A DNA stretch of 64,000 nt. It comes from the human T2T-CHM13v2.0 reference genome, Homo sapiens. Location: assembly GCF_009914755.1 (NCBI RefSeq), contig NC_060933.1, one strand, 5' to 3'. This document shows, piece after piece, positions 33,283-50,079 of this stretch. The stretch's first letter is position 1, and every line of letters starts with the position of its first letter. Both the position numbers and the translations under genes were made by a program. The notes beneath the pieces are model-generated. The model searched no databases. It saw nothing but the letters and a program-made list of their open reading frames with translations, and was not told where the DNA came from.

Positions 33283-33621
33283 ATGCTCCCACCAGGAGAC
33301 GCAACAACGACTCTACTGAACTGGAGGTTAAGAAAGTCACCTGGCCACTTTGGGTTACTCATGCCTCTGAATCAACTGGCAAAGAAGGGAGTTATTGTGC
33401 TGGTTGGGGTGATTAATCCTGACTACCAAGAGAAAATTGGACTACTATTCCACAATGGAGATAAAGAAGAGTATGTCTGGAACATAGGAGGTCCCTCGAG
33501 GCACCTTTCAATATTATCATGCCTGGTGGTTAAGGTTGATGGAAAACTACAACAAACCAATCCAGGCAGGAACACTCATGGCCTAGACCCTTCAGGAATG
33601 AAGGTTTGGGCCACCACGTAA
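33283..33621 (+). pseudogene. ERVL dUTPase remnant ORF (112 aa)
   Basis: MLPPGD..LNWRLR..PGHFGLLMPL..AKKGV.VL.GVINPDYQ..GKLQQ.NPGR..DPSGMKVW follows the HERV-L dUTPase. Confidence 0.88.
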
Positions 33622-33738
33622 AGCAAAGAGCCATGTAGTGCTAGAGGGCTTACCGGAGGAAACAGCAATAGTGAACTGTTAAAGGAAGAAGCTAATTATA
33701 AACACTAACTACAGCCACAAGACAAATTATAGAAATGA

Positions 33739-34068
<330 letters not shown>

Positions 34069-37000
34069 CGTCATATCTATATATTTCTTATTTAATTATA
34101 AATACACTTGTGTGTGTGTGTATGTGTGTGCGGGTGTGTGCGTGTGTGTGTGTGTCCTATTGGCTTTGTTTCTCTGGGAAGCTCTAACACAAAGAGGGTA
34201 ATATGGTAATATTGTGACACTGGTAAGTGGTACAAACATCAGAGGTGCCAGGCTTTTCAAGGGTAGAAAAAGAAGAAATGATTTGGAAGTCGTAATGAGG
34301 CCTATGGAATTGGAGGGGGGATGATGACTAGAGAGAGGCCAATTTTCAATTAAGGCAAGAAATGGGAGAGAAGGTTTAAGTAAAGGATGTCTATATGAAA
34401 ACTATACTGATCAGGAATTCCACAGAGCACAGAGAAAGGGTTTGAAGAGGAGAAGACTGATGGAAGATGGAGTCAGATTGAGGAACATTCACAAAAGTGG
34501 TGAAGGGTAGGGGTGAGAGAGGGAAATTCCAGGAGCCTGTGACAGCGGTAGTGGGGGAGGTGAGGGTCCAGATCTGTTTTCATGGGGAAAGAGCATAATA
34601 GGTTTATCATTAATGTAAGTGCCCAGCCTGCTGGTGTGGCTGCCTTATGGTAACTGTGCCCTCTAAAAGACCACGTCTCTCATAAGCACCAGGAGTGTTT
34701 TGAACATGGTAGGCAAAAACTATGAGTGTGTTAATTTGAATTTAATTTCTTAGCAAATTCTGTGAAAAGATGAAGATGATTAATTCCACTTTTTTTGTAT
34801 TTTCTTGTGGGCAGGAAGATCCTCCCAACTGCATATCCTGCTGCAGTATTTCCTCCCCCTGTGAGCTCACAGGCTTCTTGGTGTAATAGAATGACTCTGT
34901 TACAATTCTGTTGGCTGGAGGTTTCACCTGAGTTTCACAGGGAAGGCCAGGAGGAACTTTTAGTCAAAGCAGCAGATGTTTTTCTTTCCTGTATGTAAGT
35001 AGGAGTTTGAGTGGATCTTGGGACCTCATTGCACAAATGAAGCCAACTGAGATGCTTAAATATATATAAACATATGTCAGATGATTTTAACTTTTTCCAC
35101 ACTGGGCCAGGAGACCTCCAAATCAAGGTAGCACAGCAAGTTCATGCTTCAAAATTTCCCTCTTCTTTGCAAACAACAATAATAAATAAATCAAAAGAGG
35201 ACACTGTCAAACAGACAGCAGGTCCAAAATGCAAAATAAAATGCCTGTGCCTTGGGATAGATGTGTGGAGAAGGAAGGGAAAGAACAGAGAAAAAGAAAT
35301 GCCCCAAACACTTACCAATTAAAATCCATTTATATGTTATTAGCCAACCAAATATAGTATGGGTATTTTTTTAGAACTCAATAAACAGAGACCCCTAGAG
35401 GTATTTTTTCCTTGGTAGGTCCTTCATAGTTTTATGACAACAGTGTCCCTCCGTGCCCTGCCAGTCCTAACTCACCTCAAAAATGTCTAAATATTTTCAT
35501 GAACAAAGTACCTAATTCTGGCCATACCACTAATTTTATTCACTTGCTTTTACATTTCTGGGCCTCGGTTTCTTTCTCTAAATGAGGATATTGGACTAGA
35601 ATTTTTAAATATTTTTGGAGCACTCTAATTTTATCTTTCTACTTTCATAATGATATTAAAATATTTCAAATATGCTTGAGATTCTCATGGTTGTTATTTA
35701 TATGTATTCGTTTAAGTAAGAAGAAATATGGTAAAAGTATTAAATATACTACAATAAAATGATTGTTTTAGTATTCCCAAACAGACAACAAACATAATTA
35801 CACTGCAAGAAACTCAAGTGAAATATAGATTTGAAATTATTACTAATCACATCCAAATTGAGATTAACTTCTTAAACATGTAGAGGAAAATCTTAATCTA
35901 TCCAAATAAATAATATGCCTCTAGCAAGAAAAAAGACTTCATTTTGGGTTGAGTTTTACAGATTATTCCCTTACTTCTCCTTAGTCAATACCTATCTAAA
36001 GCAGATGCATCTGACTCATTTAAAGTATCCAGTCAGGAATATGAAGGCCAAATCCACATCTTCCAAGCATGAAGCAAGGAAATAAGGTATAATGATTTTC
36101 TGTCAATGAAGCTCATGCATGAAATAAAACTGGGACTCACCATGCAGACTCAAAGCACACAATGACCAAAGGGCCAGAGATCAATCCAAGGTGACTACAA
36201 CACAGCCCACAATGAAAAAGTCAGGAAAGTGTCTCCGTAAATCCATGCAAAGAATGAGAAAAATAGGAGGTAAAATAAAACTGATGAGTAATAGTATTAA
36301 ACTTTGCACAAGTCCTGGAAATACAGCACAGTACAACCATGGATCCAATTAGGGGCATCTGGGCTTTTCTCGCCTCTTGAGTTAGAATCAGTTAGAACAG
36401 CATTGGTTCACAAAAATTGCATACCTGGCCAAAAAAAGTAGCTCTTGGTAATTATTTCCAAATGGCTGGAGAAAAGAAAGAGGTAACATAAAACATGTGA
36501 TTGAAGAGTACTGCAGCCTTGGGGCAGAAGGCTGTAAGGAAGATGGTGAATAGGACTTTCTAGCTCTTGCTCCCCTGCAGAAACATCAATTGGAACAACT
36601 ATCCATGCATAAAACCACCTTCACAAGAACTAAGGAAACCAGGTAGGAGATTTCAGAAAGGATGCACTAAAGAGATAGAAAGGACAGTTGGAGTAGTAGC
36701 CTGACTGTAGCTGATCAGTAGCCCCAGACTTTGGACAAACCCCAACTCCAGGCTATCCCCCACAGACTCAGGCTCTAGGCCCACCCCAGGGCCAGGCAGC
36801 CAAAGGCTCTGGACTGCTTGCAGCACCAGGCTGGTCCCCATGGTCCCAGGATTCAGACCTACCCAAGAACCAGGCCAACCGCTACAGCTCTCATCTCCAA
36901 ACAGGCACCCACAGACCCACTCTTCATATTTTCCCCTGCAGCCACACATTACAGCAGACCCACAGCCCAGTTTCTTCCTGGCAGACTCCAGCACTGGATT

Positions 37001-38159
37001 AGCCCCCATGGACCCAGGCTCCAAGATGACCCCTGTAGACTCAGGTTTCAGGCCAGCACCTGGAGCCCCCAGACAAAGGTCAACCCTAATGGTCCTAGAC
37101 TCCAGGCCAACACCCACACACCCAGCCCCTAGGACAACATTGTTTAAAGAAATAATCACTAAAAAATTCTTAAACCTGGGGAATAATATCAAGGTATAAG
37201 GACCAAATGTCTCCAATCAGATTCTATCCAAACAAGACTATAACAAAATGTATTATAATCAAACTATCAAAAATCAAAGACAAAGAGAGAATCCTAAAAG
37301 CAGCAAGAGAATAGAAATAAATCACATATATGAGAGTTCCAATAAGGCTAGCAGCATATTTCTTAGCAAAAACCTTACATGGCAGGAGAGAGCAAGATGA
37401 TATATTCAAAGCCTCAAAGAAAAAAATATGCCAACTAAGAATACTGTACCTGCCAAAGCAGTTCTTCACAAATAAAAGTGAGATAAAGACTTTTCCAGAC
37501 AAATAAAAGCTGACTTGTCTCACAAGAAATCCTAAAGGAAGCTCTTCAGGCTGAAAGAAAGAAAAGAATGCTCATTGGTGTCATGGAAACATGAGAAAGT
37601 ATAAAACTCACTGCTAAAAGTAAGTACACAGTCAAATTCAGAATATTCTAATACTGCAGTGATGGTAAGTAAATCATCTGTGTCTTTAGTATGAAGATTA
37701 AATAAATATGTATTAAAAATAATAGCTATAATAATTTGCTAAGGGATATACAATTAAAAATATAAATTATGACATCAAAGCATAAATTGGGGGCAAGGGG
37801 ATGGAGTAAAAGTGGAGACTTTTTTCTATGTGATCAAAGTTAAGTTGTTACCAAATATAAACAGTCCGTTATAAGAGGTTTTATGTAAGCCTAATGGTAA
37901 CTACAAAATAAAAACTTATAGTAGATACGCAAAGCAAAAATAAACAAAGTCAAAAATTGTTACAAGAAATGAATTAAGGTCATTATATATTGATAACTCA
38001 TAAATTTATCAAGAATATAAAATACTTATAACTGTATAGATACCAAAAATCAGAACTCCAAAATACATGAAACAAACATCGATAGACTTGAAGGAAGAAG
38101 TAGATAGTACTACAATAATTGTTGGAGACTTCAATACCCCACTGCATTTGGCAAATTAT

Positions 38160-38507
38160 ATGCCCCATATCACTTGAATGTGGCCTGGCCTTGCCAAAGC
38201 TCATGTGGAAACTTGTTCCTCCATGTAACAGTGCTAAACGGAGGAGCCCACTGGGAGGTGTTTGGGTCAGTGGGTGTATCTCTCTCTCTCTTGCTTTCTT
38301 TTTCACCACGTGATCTCTTTGCACACGCCCACACCCCATCCACTTTCTGCCATGAGTGGAAGCAGCATGAGGGAGGCCCTCACTAGATGCAGCTGCTCAA
38401 TCTTGAACCTTCAAGTCACCAGAATCATGGGCCAAGTAAACCTCTTCTCTTTATAAATTACCCAGTCACAGGTAGTCTGTTACAGCAACACTAAATGGAC
38501 TCAAACA
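38160..38507 (+). mobile_element. MST-type MaLR LTR
   Basis: gggaggtgtttgggtca...ctttataaattacccagtcacagg...atggactcaaaca. Confidence 0.8.
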
Positions 38508-38622
38508 GTCACTTTCAATAACAGATAGAACATCTAGACAGAAGATCAATAAAGAAATAGAGGACTTGAAAAACACTGTAAATCAACAAGACCTAACAGA
38601 CATATAGAAAATACTCCACCGA

Positions 38623-38925
38623 GGCCAGGCGCGGTGGCTCATGCCTGTAATCCCAGCACTTTGGGAGGCCGAGGCGGGCTGATCACGAGGTCAGGACATC
38701 AAGACCATCCTGGCTAACACGGTGAAACCCCGTCTCTACTAAAGAATACAAGAAAAAAATTAGCCAGGTGTGGTGGCGGGCACCTGTAGTCCCAGCTACT
38801 TTGGAGTCTGAGGCAGGAGAATGGCGTGAACCCGGGAGGCGGAGCTTGCAGTGAGCCGAGATCTGCGGCACTGCACTCCAGCCTGGGCGACAGAGCAAGA
38901 CTACGTCTCAAAAAGAAAAAAAAAA
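38623..38925 (+). mobile_element. AluY
   Basis: TSD agaaaatactccacc. Confidence 0.95.
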
Positions 38926-39203
38926 GAAAATACTCCACCAAACAATTGCAAAATACACAAAGCACGTGGATCATGTGTCAGGGTAGGCCATAAAACAAGT
39001 TTCAATAAATGTAAAAAGATAAAGTTATGTAAATTATCTTCTCTGACAAATACAGAATGAAACTAAAAATCAATAACAGAAGAAAAACTAGAAAATTTAC
39101 AAATATGTAGAAATTAACACAATTTTAAGCAGCCTATAGGTCAAATAAAAAGTTATAAGGGATATTAGAAAATATTTTGAGCCAAATGAAAATGAAAACA
39201 TGA

Positions 39204-39581
<378 letters not shown>

Positions 39582-41718
39582 TTAGCAAATTCCTAGAAAC
39601 ACACAATCTATCAAAATTGACTCGAGAATAGAAAATCTGAATAGACCTATAACAAGTGAAGTAATTCAATCAGTAATTAAAACTTACCACCAACAACAAA
39701 AAAGTTCAGGACCAGATAGCTTCTCTGATTAACTCTACCAAACATTTAAAGAGGGATTCACACCTATTGATATAATCGTATAGTTTTTAATTTTGTTTAT
39801 GTGATGTATCACATTTATTGACTTGTGTATGTTAAACCATCCTTGCATCCCTGATATAAAACCCACTTGTTCATGATGCATTATCTTTTTCATATGCTGT
39901 TGGATTCAGTTAGCTAGTATTTTGTTGGGGATTTTTGCATCTATGTTCGGGGATATTGGTTTGTAGTTTGTTTGCTTTGTTATGTCCTCTCCTCCTTTTG
40001 GTATTAGGGTGATACTGGCTTCATAGACTGATTTATGGAGGATTCCCTCTTTCTCTATCTTTTGGAATAGTTCCAGTAGGATTGATAACCAGTTCTTCTT
40101 TGAATGTCTGATAGATTTCAACTGTTAATCCATCTGGTTCTCGATTCTTTTTTTGTTGGCAGTGTTTTGTTTTGTTTTTTTAATCACTGATCAATCTTGC
40201 TGCTTGTTATTGGTCTGTTCAAGGTTTCTATTTCTTCCTGATTTAGTCTAGGAGGGTTGTATATTTCCAGGAGTTTATTCATCTCCTCTAGACTTTCTAG
40301 TCTGTGCATGTAAAGGTGTTTATAACATCCTTGAATGATCTTGTGTATTTCTGTGGTATTGGTTGTACTATCTCCAGTTTCATTTCTACTTGAGGTTATA
40401 TGAATCTTTTCTCTTCTTGGTTAATCTCCCTAATGGTCATCAACTTTGTTTATCATTTCAAAGAACCAGCTTTTCATTTCATTTATCTTTTGTATTTTTT
40501 GTTTCAATTTCATTTAGTTCTCTTCCATCTTTGTTATTTCTTTTCTTCTGCTGAGTTTCAGTTTAGTTTGTTCTTGTTTCTCTAGTTCCTTCAGGTATGA
40601 CATTAGGTTTTCTATTTGTGTTCTTTCAGACTTTTTGACGTAGGCATTTAATGCTATAAACTTTCCTCTTAGCACCAGTTTTGCTGTATCCCAGAAGTTT
40701 TGATAAGTTGTGCCATTGTTCTCATTCATTTCAAAGAATTTTTAATTCCTATCTTGATTTCATTGTTAACCACCAAATCATTCAAGAACAGATTATGTAA
40801 TTTCCATGTATTTATATCATTTTAAGTGTTCTTTCTGGAGTTGCTTTCCAGTTTTATTCCACTATGGTCTGAGAAAATACTTGATATGATTTCAATTTCG
40901 TTAAATTTGTTGGGACTTGTTTTGTAACCTATCATAGGTTATCTTGGAGAACGTTCCATGTGCTGATGAAAAAAAATGTATATCCTGCAGTTGTTGGGAA
41001 GAATGTTTTGCAATTTTCTGTTAAGTACATTTCTTCTAGGGTATAGTTTAAGTCCATTATTTCTTTGTTGACTTTCTGTCTTGATGACCTGTCTAGTGCT
41101 GTCAGTGGAGTATTGAAGTCCCCCACTATATTTGTACTGCTGTTTATCTCATTTCTTAGGTCTAGTAGTAATTGTTTTATAAATTTGGAAGCTCCAGTGC
41201 TAGGTGCATATAAATTTAGGATCATAATATCTTCCTGTTTGACTAATCCTTTTATCATTATATATAAATCCAGCATTCCTTTATAATAAAAACCTTCCTC
41301 AAAATAAGCATAGAAGGGACATATCTTAAAGTAATAAAAGCCATATATGACAAACCCATATGCAACATCATACTGAATAGGGAAAAGCTGAAAGCATTCC
41401 CCCTGAGAACTGGAACAAGACAAGGATGCCCACTTTTACTGCTTCTACTTAACACAGTACTGGAAGTGCTGGCCAGAGCAATCAGACAAGAGAAAGAAAT
41501 AAAGGGCATCCAAACTGGAAAAGAGGAAGTCAAACTGTTGCTGTTCACTGCTGATATAATTCTATACCTAGAAAACCTTAAAGACTCATCTGAAAAGCTC
41601 CTAGACCTAACAAATGAATTCAATAAAGTCTCAGGATACAAAATAAATGTACATAAATCAGTAACACTGCTATACACCAACAGTGACCAAGCTAAGAATC
41701 AAATTAAGAATTCAATTC

Positions 41719-42042
<324 letters not shown>

Positions 42043-43281
42043 TTACAACTGCAAAAGTAAAACAAAATACTTACAAATATATTTAACCAAGGAGGTGAAA
42101 GATCTCTACAAGGAAAACTACAAAACACTACTGAAAGATTCATAGATGACACAAACAAATGGAAACACATCCCACACTCACAGATGGGTAGAATAAATAT
42201 TGTGAAAATGACCATACTGTCCAAAGCAATCTACAGATTCAATGCAATTCCCAACAAAATACCGTCATCATTCTTTATAGAACCAGAAAAAGCAATCCTG
42301 AAATTCATATGGAACCAAAAAAGAACCTGCATAGCCAAAGCAATACTAAGCAAAAAGAACAAATCTGGAGGCATCACATTACCCAACTTCAAATTATACT
42401 ACAAGGCTAAAGTCACCAAAACAGCATGGTACTGGTATAAAAGTAGGCACATAGACCAATGGAATAGAACAGAGAACACATAAATAAAGCCAACATACTT
42501 ACAGCCAACTGATCTTCAACAACACAAACAAAAACATAAATTGGGGAAAGGACACTCTCTTCAATAAGTGGTGCCGGGAAAACTGGGAAGCCACACATAG
42601 AAGAATGAAACTGAATCCTCATCTCTCACTTATACAAAAGTCAACTCAAAATAGCTTAAATCTAAGAAAACTTAGACTTAAATCTAAGACCTGAAGCCAT
42701 AAAAATTTTAGAAGATAACATCAGAAAAAGTCTTCTAGACATTGGCTTAGGCAAAGAATTCTTGACTATGACCCCAAAAGCAATGCAACAAAAACAAAAA
42801 TAAATACATGACACCTAATTAAACTAAAAAGCTTCTACAAAGTAAAAGAAATAATCAGCAGAGTAAACAGACAACCTACAGATTGGGAGAAAGTATTTGC
42901 AAATTATGCATTTGACAAAGGACTGATATCCAAAATCTACAAGAACTCAAACAAATCAACAGTAAAAAATAATAATAGTTCCATGAAAAAGTGGGCAAAG
43001 GACATGAATAGACAATTGTCAAAAGAAAATATACAAACATCCAACAAAGTGAAAAAAATGCTCAACATCACTAATTATCAGGGAAATACAAATTAAAACC
43101 ACAATGAGATATCACCTTTCTCTTGCAAGAATGGCCATAATTAAAAAGTCAAAATACAATAGATGTTGGCGTGGATGTGGTGGAAAGGTAACACATCTAC
43201 ACTGCTGGTAGGAATGTAAACTAGTACAACCACTATGGAAAACAGTATGGAAAAACTAGTTTTCCACTGCGGAAAACACAG

Positions 43282-43607
43282 ATTTTTTTTTTGGTTTTTT
43301 ATTTTATTTATTTATTTATTTTTTGAGACAGAGTCTTGCTCTGTTGCCCAGGCTAGACTGCAGTGGCACCATGTTGGCTCACTGCAAGCTCCACCTCCCA
43401 GGGTTCACGCCATTCTCCTGCCTCAGCCTCCCGAGTAGCTGGGACTACAGGCACCCGCCACCATGCCCGGCTAATTTTTTGTATTTTTTAGTAGAGACAG
43501 GGTTTCACCGTGTTAGCCATGATGGTCTTGATCTCCTGACCTCGTGATCTGCCTGCCTAGGCCTCCCAAAGTGCTGGGATTACAGGCGTGAGCCACTGCG
43601 CCAGGCC
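43282..43607 (-). mobile_element. AluY
   Basis: Y diagnostics; flanked by ggaaaaca. Confidence 0.95.
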
Positions 43608-44593
43608 GGAAAACAGTTTTAAAGGATCAAAAGTAGAACTACCATTCGATCCAGCAATCCTGCTATTGGGTAAGTACCCAAAGGGAAATAAGTCACTATA
43701 TGAAAAAAGATACATGCACACACATGCATGTTGATAGCAGCACAATTTGCAGTTGCAAAGATATGGAATCAACCTAAGTGCCCATCAACCAATGAGTGAA
43801 TAAAGAAAATGTAGTATATATACACCATGGAATACAACTCAGACATAAAAAGAAATAAAATAATGTCTTTTGCAGCAACTTGGGTGGAGTTGGGGGCCAT
43901 TATTTTAAGTGAAGTAACTCAAGAATGGAAAACCAAATATCATATGTTCTCCCTTTTAAGTGGGAGCTAAGATATGAGGATGCAAATACATAAGAATGAT
44001 ATAATGGACTTTGGGGACTCAGGGGAAGAGTGGGAGAGGCATAAGTGATAAAAGACTACATGTTGGGTACAGTGTACACTGCTCAGGTGACAGGTACACC
44101 AAAATCTCAGAAATTACCACTAAAGAACTTATCCATGTAAGCAAAAACTACCCGTACCTCCAAAACTATTGAAATAAAAATACAAATTAAAAAACAATTA
44201 ATATCTATCCTTCTCAAGCTCTTCCAAAAAATTGAAAAGGAGGGAACACTTTCTAACTTATTCTATAAGGACAGCATTACCCTGATATGAAAACCAGGGA
44301 AAGATATTCCAAGAAAAGAAAGCTACAGACCAATATCCCTTATGAATAAAGATACAAAAATCCACAACAAAATGCTAGCAAATAAAATCCAACAGCATAT
44401 TAAAAGGATTTTATACCATATCTAAGTGGAATTCAGCCCAGGAAAGCAAGGATGGTCCAACATTAGAAACCCAATGTATTATATGACATTAATAGGATAA
44501 AGGTGTGTGGGGGCGAGGAGAAATTCAGGATCATCTCAACTGCAGAAAATGCATTCAACAAAATCTGCCACACTTTCATGATAAAAATCCTCA

Positions 44594-44899
<306 letters not shown>

Positions 44900-47141
44900 T
44901 CCTCGTATAAAATTAGAAATTGAAGGGGAATTCCTTAACATAAAATAAGGGCATTTATGAAAAACCCATAGTCAAAATCATATTCACTGGTTAAAGACTA
45001 AAACTTTCCCCTAAGGTCAGGAACAAAACAAGGAGGACCCCTTTTACCACTTTCATTTAACATTGTACTGGAAGTTCTAGCCAGAGAAATCAGAAATGAA
45101 AAATAAATAAGAAGCATCGAAAGATCTCTATTCACTGATAAACCTAGATATAGAAAATCCCAAAGAATCCACTACTACAGCTAATAAACAAATTCAGCAA
45201 AGGTACAGCTGAACACAAAAATCACATGTGTTCTTAGAAAGGCGCAGTGAATAATTTAAAAACTAAATTAAGACAATTCCATTTATAATAGCATAAAAAT
45301 GATTTAAAAAACCTCAAATTAAATGTTATCAAGGAAGTGAAAGTATTACACAATGAAAACTACAAACCATTGCTAAAAGAAATTAAAGAATACCTAAATA
45401 AATGGAAATATGCCTTGTGTTCATGGATTGGAAGACTTGATATTGCCACAATGGCAATACTTAAACAGATCTAGTTTCAATACAATCTATGTCAAAATTT
45501 GAATAGCCTTTTTGCAGAAATTGAAAAGCTAATTATCAAATATGTAAGGAATTGCAAAAGATCTCGAACAGCTAAGACAGTATTATTGAAAAAGAAGAGT
45601 AAAGTTGGAGAACTCACACTTTCTAATTTCAAAACTTATTACAAAGTTAACAATAATCAAAACAGTGTGGCACTGTTTATCCTTATGGATAAACATATAG
45701 ATGAGAAAAATAGAATTGTGATTCCAGAAATAAGCCCATTCATTTGTGGTGATTAATTTTTGACGGGGTGCAAAGACCATTCAATGGGGAAAGAATAGTC
45801 TCTTCAACAAATAGTGCTTAGACAACCAAATAGCCACGTGCAAAAGAATGAAGTTGAACCCTTATTTCATACCATATAGAAAAACTAACTCAAAATGTAT
45901 CAAAGACCTAAATGCAAGAGCTAAATCTACAAAACTCTTAGAAGAAAACCTATGGTTAAATCTTCCTGATCTTGAATCTGAGATTAGGTTCTCAGATACA
46001 GATTAGGTACATACATGTTCTTAGACATGACCCCAAAAGCATCAACAACAAATTAAGAAATATATAAATTGGGCTCCATCAAAATTTAAAACTTTTGTAC
46101 ACCAAATGATATTATTAGGAAAGTTTAAAAATAGCCTACAGAATGGGAGAAAAAAATTGCAAATCTCTAAATGATGTGTCTATATAAAGAACTTTAACTA
46201 CTCAACAATAGAAAGACAAACAACTCAATTAAAATGAAATGGTCAAAGAGTTTATATAGGTATTTCTCCAAAGAAGATCTACAAATGGCCAACAAGCACA
46301 TGAAAAGATGTTCAATATTATTAGTTATTAGAGAAATACAAATCAAAACCACGATGAGATACCACTTCACTACCAGGATGGCTATAATTAAAAAAAAATA
46401 TTAAACACCAAGTGTTGGTGAAGATGTGGAGTAAATCATACATGGCTAGTGATGATGATGTTTGCGGAAAACAGTTTGGCAGTGGTCAAAAAGTTGAACA
46501 TAGAATTACTATATGACTCAGCAATTTCACTCCTAGGTATATACCCCAAAGAAATGAAAACGAGTTCTCAAACAAATACATGTACATACATGTTCGAAAG
46601 AGCTCTATTCAAAACAGCCAAAAGTTGGAAACAACCCAGATGTCCGTCAACAGAGGAATGTATAAACAAATTATGATATACACATATAGTGGAATATTAT
46701 GCAGCCATAAAAAGAAGTGGAGTACTGATAAATGCTATAACATGAATGAACCTCAAAAACATTATGCTAAATGAAAGAAGTCAGGCCCACAAAAAATTAT
46801 ACAGGGTTATTGTATAATTTCATTTATATGAAATATCCAGGATAGGTAAACCCATAGAACAGATCGGTGGTTGACAGAGACAGGAGGAGAGGACAGGTGG
46901 GATTTGACTGCTTACATGGTTTTATTTTGCAGTGATGAAAATATTTTGAAACTAAACAGAGGTGGTACTTCTATAACATTGTAAATATGCTCAGTGTTAC
47001 CGAATTGTTCACTGTAAAATGGTTAACTTTATGTTACGTGAATTTTACCTCAATTTTTTTCTAAAAGCAAGACAAAATTATTTGCTGTATTATAAACATA
47101 TAAAATTCGAAAGAGTTTGCTTTTTAAAAAAAGTAACCATT

Positions 47142-48533
47142 TACTGGTACCAAAACAGATATATAGACCAATGGAACAGAACAGAAGCCTCAGAAATAAT
47201 GACACACATCTACAACCATCTGATTTTTGACAAACCTGACAAAAACAAGCAATGGGGAAAGGATTCCCTATTTAATAAATGGTGTTGGGAAAACTGGCTA
47301 GCCATATGCAGAAAACTGAAACTGGATCCCTTCCTTACACCTTATACAAAAATTAACTCAAGATGGATTAAAGACTTAAATGTTAGACCTAAAACCATAA
47401 AAACCCTAAAAACCCTAGAAGAAAACCTAGGCAATACCATTCACAACATAGGCATGAGCAAAGACTTCATGACTAAAAACACCAAAAGCAATGGCAACAA
47501 AAGCCAAAATTGACAAATGAGATTTAATTAAACTAAAGAGCTTCTGCATAGCAAAGGAAACTGTCATCAGACTGAACAGGCAACCTACAGAATGGGAGAA
47601 AATTTTTGCAATCTATCCTTCTGACAAAGGGCTAATATCCAGAATCTATAAGGAACTTAAAGAAATTTACAAGTAAAAATAAAAAACCCCATCCATCAAA
47701 AAGTGGGCAAAGGATATGAACAGACACTTCTCAAAAGAAGACATTTATGTGGCCAAAAAACATATGAAAAAAAGCTCATCATCACTGGTCATTAGAGAAA
47801 TGCAAATCAAAACCACAATGAGATACCAAAACCACAAAGAGATTGCCAGCTAGAATGGCAATCATTAAAAAGTCAGGAAACCACAGATGCTGGAGAGGAT
47901 GTGGAGAAATAGGGATGCTTTTACACTGTGGGTAGAAGTGTGAATTAGTTCAACCATTGTGGAAGACAGTGTAGCGATTCCTCAAGGATCTAGAACCAGA
48001 AATACCATTTGACCCAGCGATACCATTACTGGGTATATACCCAAAGGATTATAAATCATTCTACTATAAAGACACATGGAAATGTATGTTTATTGCAGCA
48101 CTGTTCACAATAGCAAAGACTTGGAACCAACCCAAATGCCCATCAGTGACAGACTGGATAAAGAAAATGTGGTACATATACACCATGGAATACTATGCAG
48201 TCATAAAAAAGGATGAGTTCACATCCTTTTCAGGGACATGGATGAAGCTAGAAACCATCATTCTCAGCAAACTTACCCAGGAACAGAAAATGAAACACCC
48301 CATGTTCTCAGTCATTAAGTGGGAGTTGAACAATGAGAACACATGGACACAGGGAGGGCAACATCACACACTAGGGCCTGTCGGTGGGGGTCGGGGTGGG
48401 GGGCTAGGGGAAGGATAGCATTAGGAGAAATACCTAATGTTGATGATGGGGTGAAGGGTGCAGCAAACCACCATAGCACGTGTACACCTATGTAACAAAC
48501 CTGCACGTTCTGCATATGTATTCAGAACTTAAA

Positions 48534-48570
<37 letters not shown>
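47142..48570 (+). mobile_element. 5'-truncated L1PA (PA7/8-like)
   Basis: ORF2 C-terminus [15 protein letters not shown]...; G-rich 3' UTR; TSD agtaaccatt/agtcaccatt. Confidence 0.92.
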
Positions 48571-49228
48571 CAGTCACCATTGAAACTAATAAGAAAATTT
48601 TATCGCATGGCTAGAAACAGGTAAATTTTACAGAGCAACTTTCCTTTATGATGGAAATAATCAACCAGAAAATTGAAATAAGGAAAAAGATTATATTTGC
48701 ATGTCAGAAAAACAAGAAAATACCTAGGAATAAACCTAATAAGATAGGTTCAAGGTCTGGATGAATGTGATGTCATGTTCCTGATCGAGGAAAAATCAAG
48801 CAAAAGTTGAGGAAGCCGTGGGGAGGCAGTGGGTACACAGGGCCAGTCCCTCCTCCTGTCCCCACAGAGAACCTGTTCTGTGTCCTCCTCCTTGGGGAGA
48901 TATACCTCAGCATCATTTATACTTTACTATGTTCCTGCTAAGTGAAATGATTCAAGTGATTCCAACAGCAAATGTGTCAGACCCTATTCAAGGCATTGGG
49001 ATGCACCAACTCTGACCACATAGAGCAGGGGGTGGGGATATGGAGTTGTCAGGAGGGTGAGAGGCTTACATTTTAAACGTAGGTCAATGTATGTGAAGGA
49101 AAAATACAAAATCCCATTTAGTTGCATGTATTATTTTATTCCTCTCATTCAAAATAGTAATAGTCAAAAGAGTACTATATATATATATGTATTTTTTTTT
49201 TTAATGAAACTTAAGAAATACTGGCCAG

Positions 49229-49545
<317 letters not shown>

Positions 49546-50079
49546 TTAGCCATGTTACCATCCCCTAGAAATGGTTATAACTATTTAAATATTTAAACTT
49601 CTAATGGTATATTTTGAGACAGATTATATTACAAAAATCAGTACAGAGTTGCCTGGTTTTCTGCCTCACCCTTTTAACTTAATTATAAACATTTGTAAAT
49701 GTGACATTGAAAAAGTAGAATAAAATCATAAAGCATCATATATTTTTTTCTCAAAAATGTCCTAACAAAAGTGCTTTTGAGGTCGATTTTGGGAGACTCT
49801 TTTGCATAAAACTTGAGCCAGTTCATAACTGATCTTGGGTGACATTTAAAAGAGGTGACAATTGAGGAAGTTGCTGTTCCCATAAGGATCACATGAGGAC
49901 AATCCCAGGAAGCCCGGCTGCAAAACCAGAGACATTGGGTACAGCCCACTGGAGCATCAGCCTCACCGCCGGGGACACTGGTCTCAGGGATAGGAAGTGT
50001 GTGGAGGGGGTGGGAAGGAGGAATAGCAGTGCCCACAGGGTTTCCAGGGCCCAGGGGAGGCCCTCAAGGGGCCTAGGAT

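Noticed and set aside
34815-34995. Possible exon (gggcag| ... |gtaagt)
   Set aside because: Mediocre sites and no recognisable peptide; indistinguishable from chance.
36653-37216. 187-aa minus-strand ORF with periodic GLEPES-like units
   Set aside because: Antisense of the internally repetitive, C-rich 5' UTR of an old L1.
40932-41423. 163-aa ORF with a novel N-terminus on an endonuclease piece
   Set aside because: By-product of the inversion junction; no ATG-initiated complete domain.
47019-47513. 164-aa ORF entering L1 ORF2
   Set aside because: Chance fusion of an L1MB tail to a truncated L1PA, ending in a frameshift.
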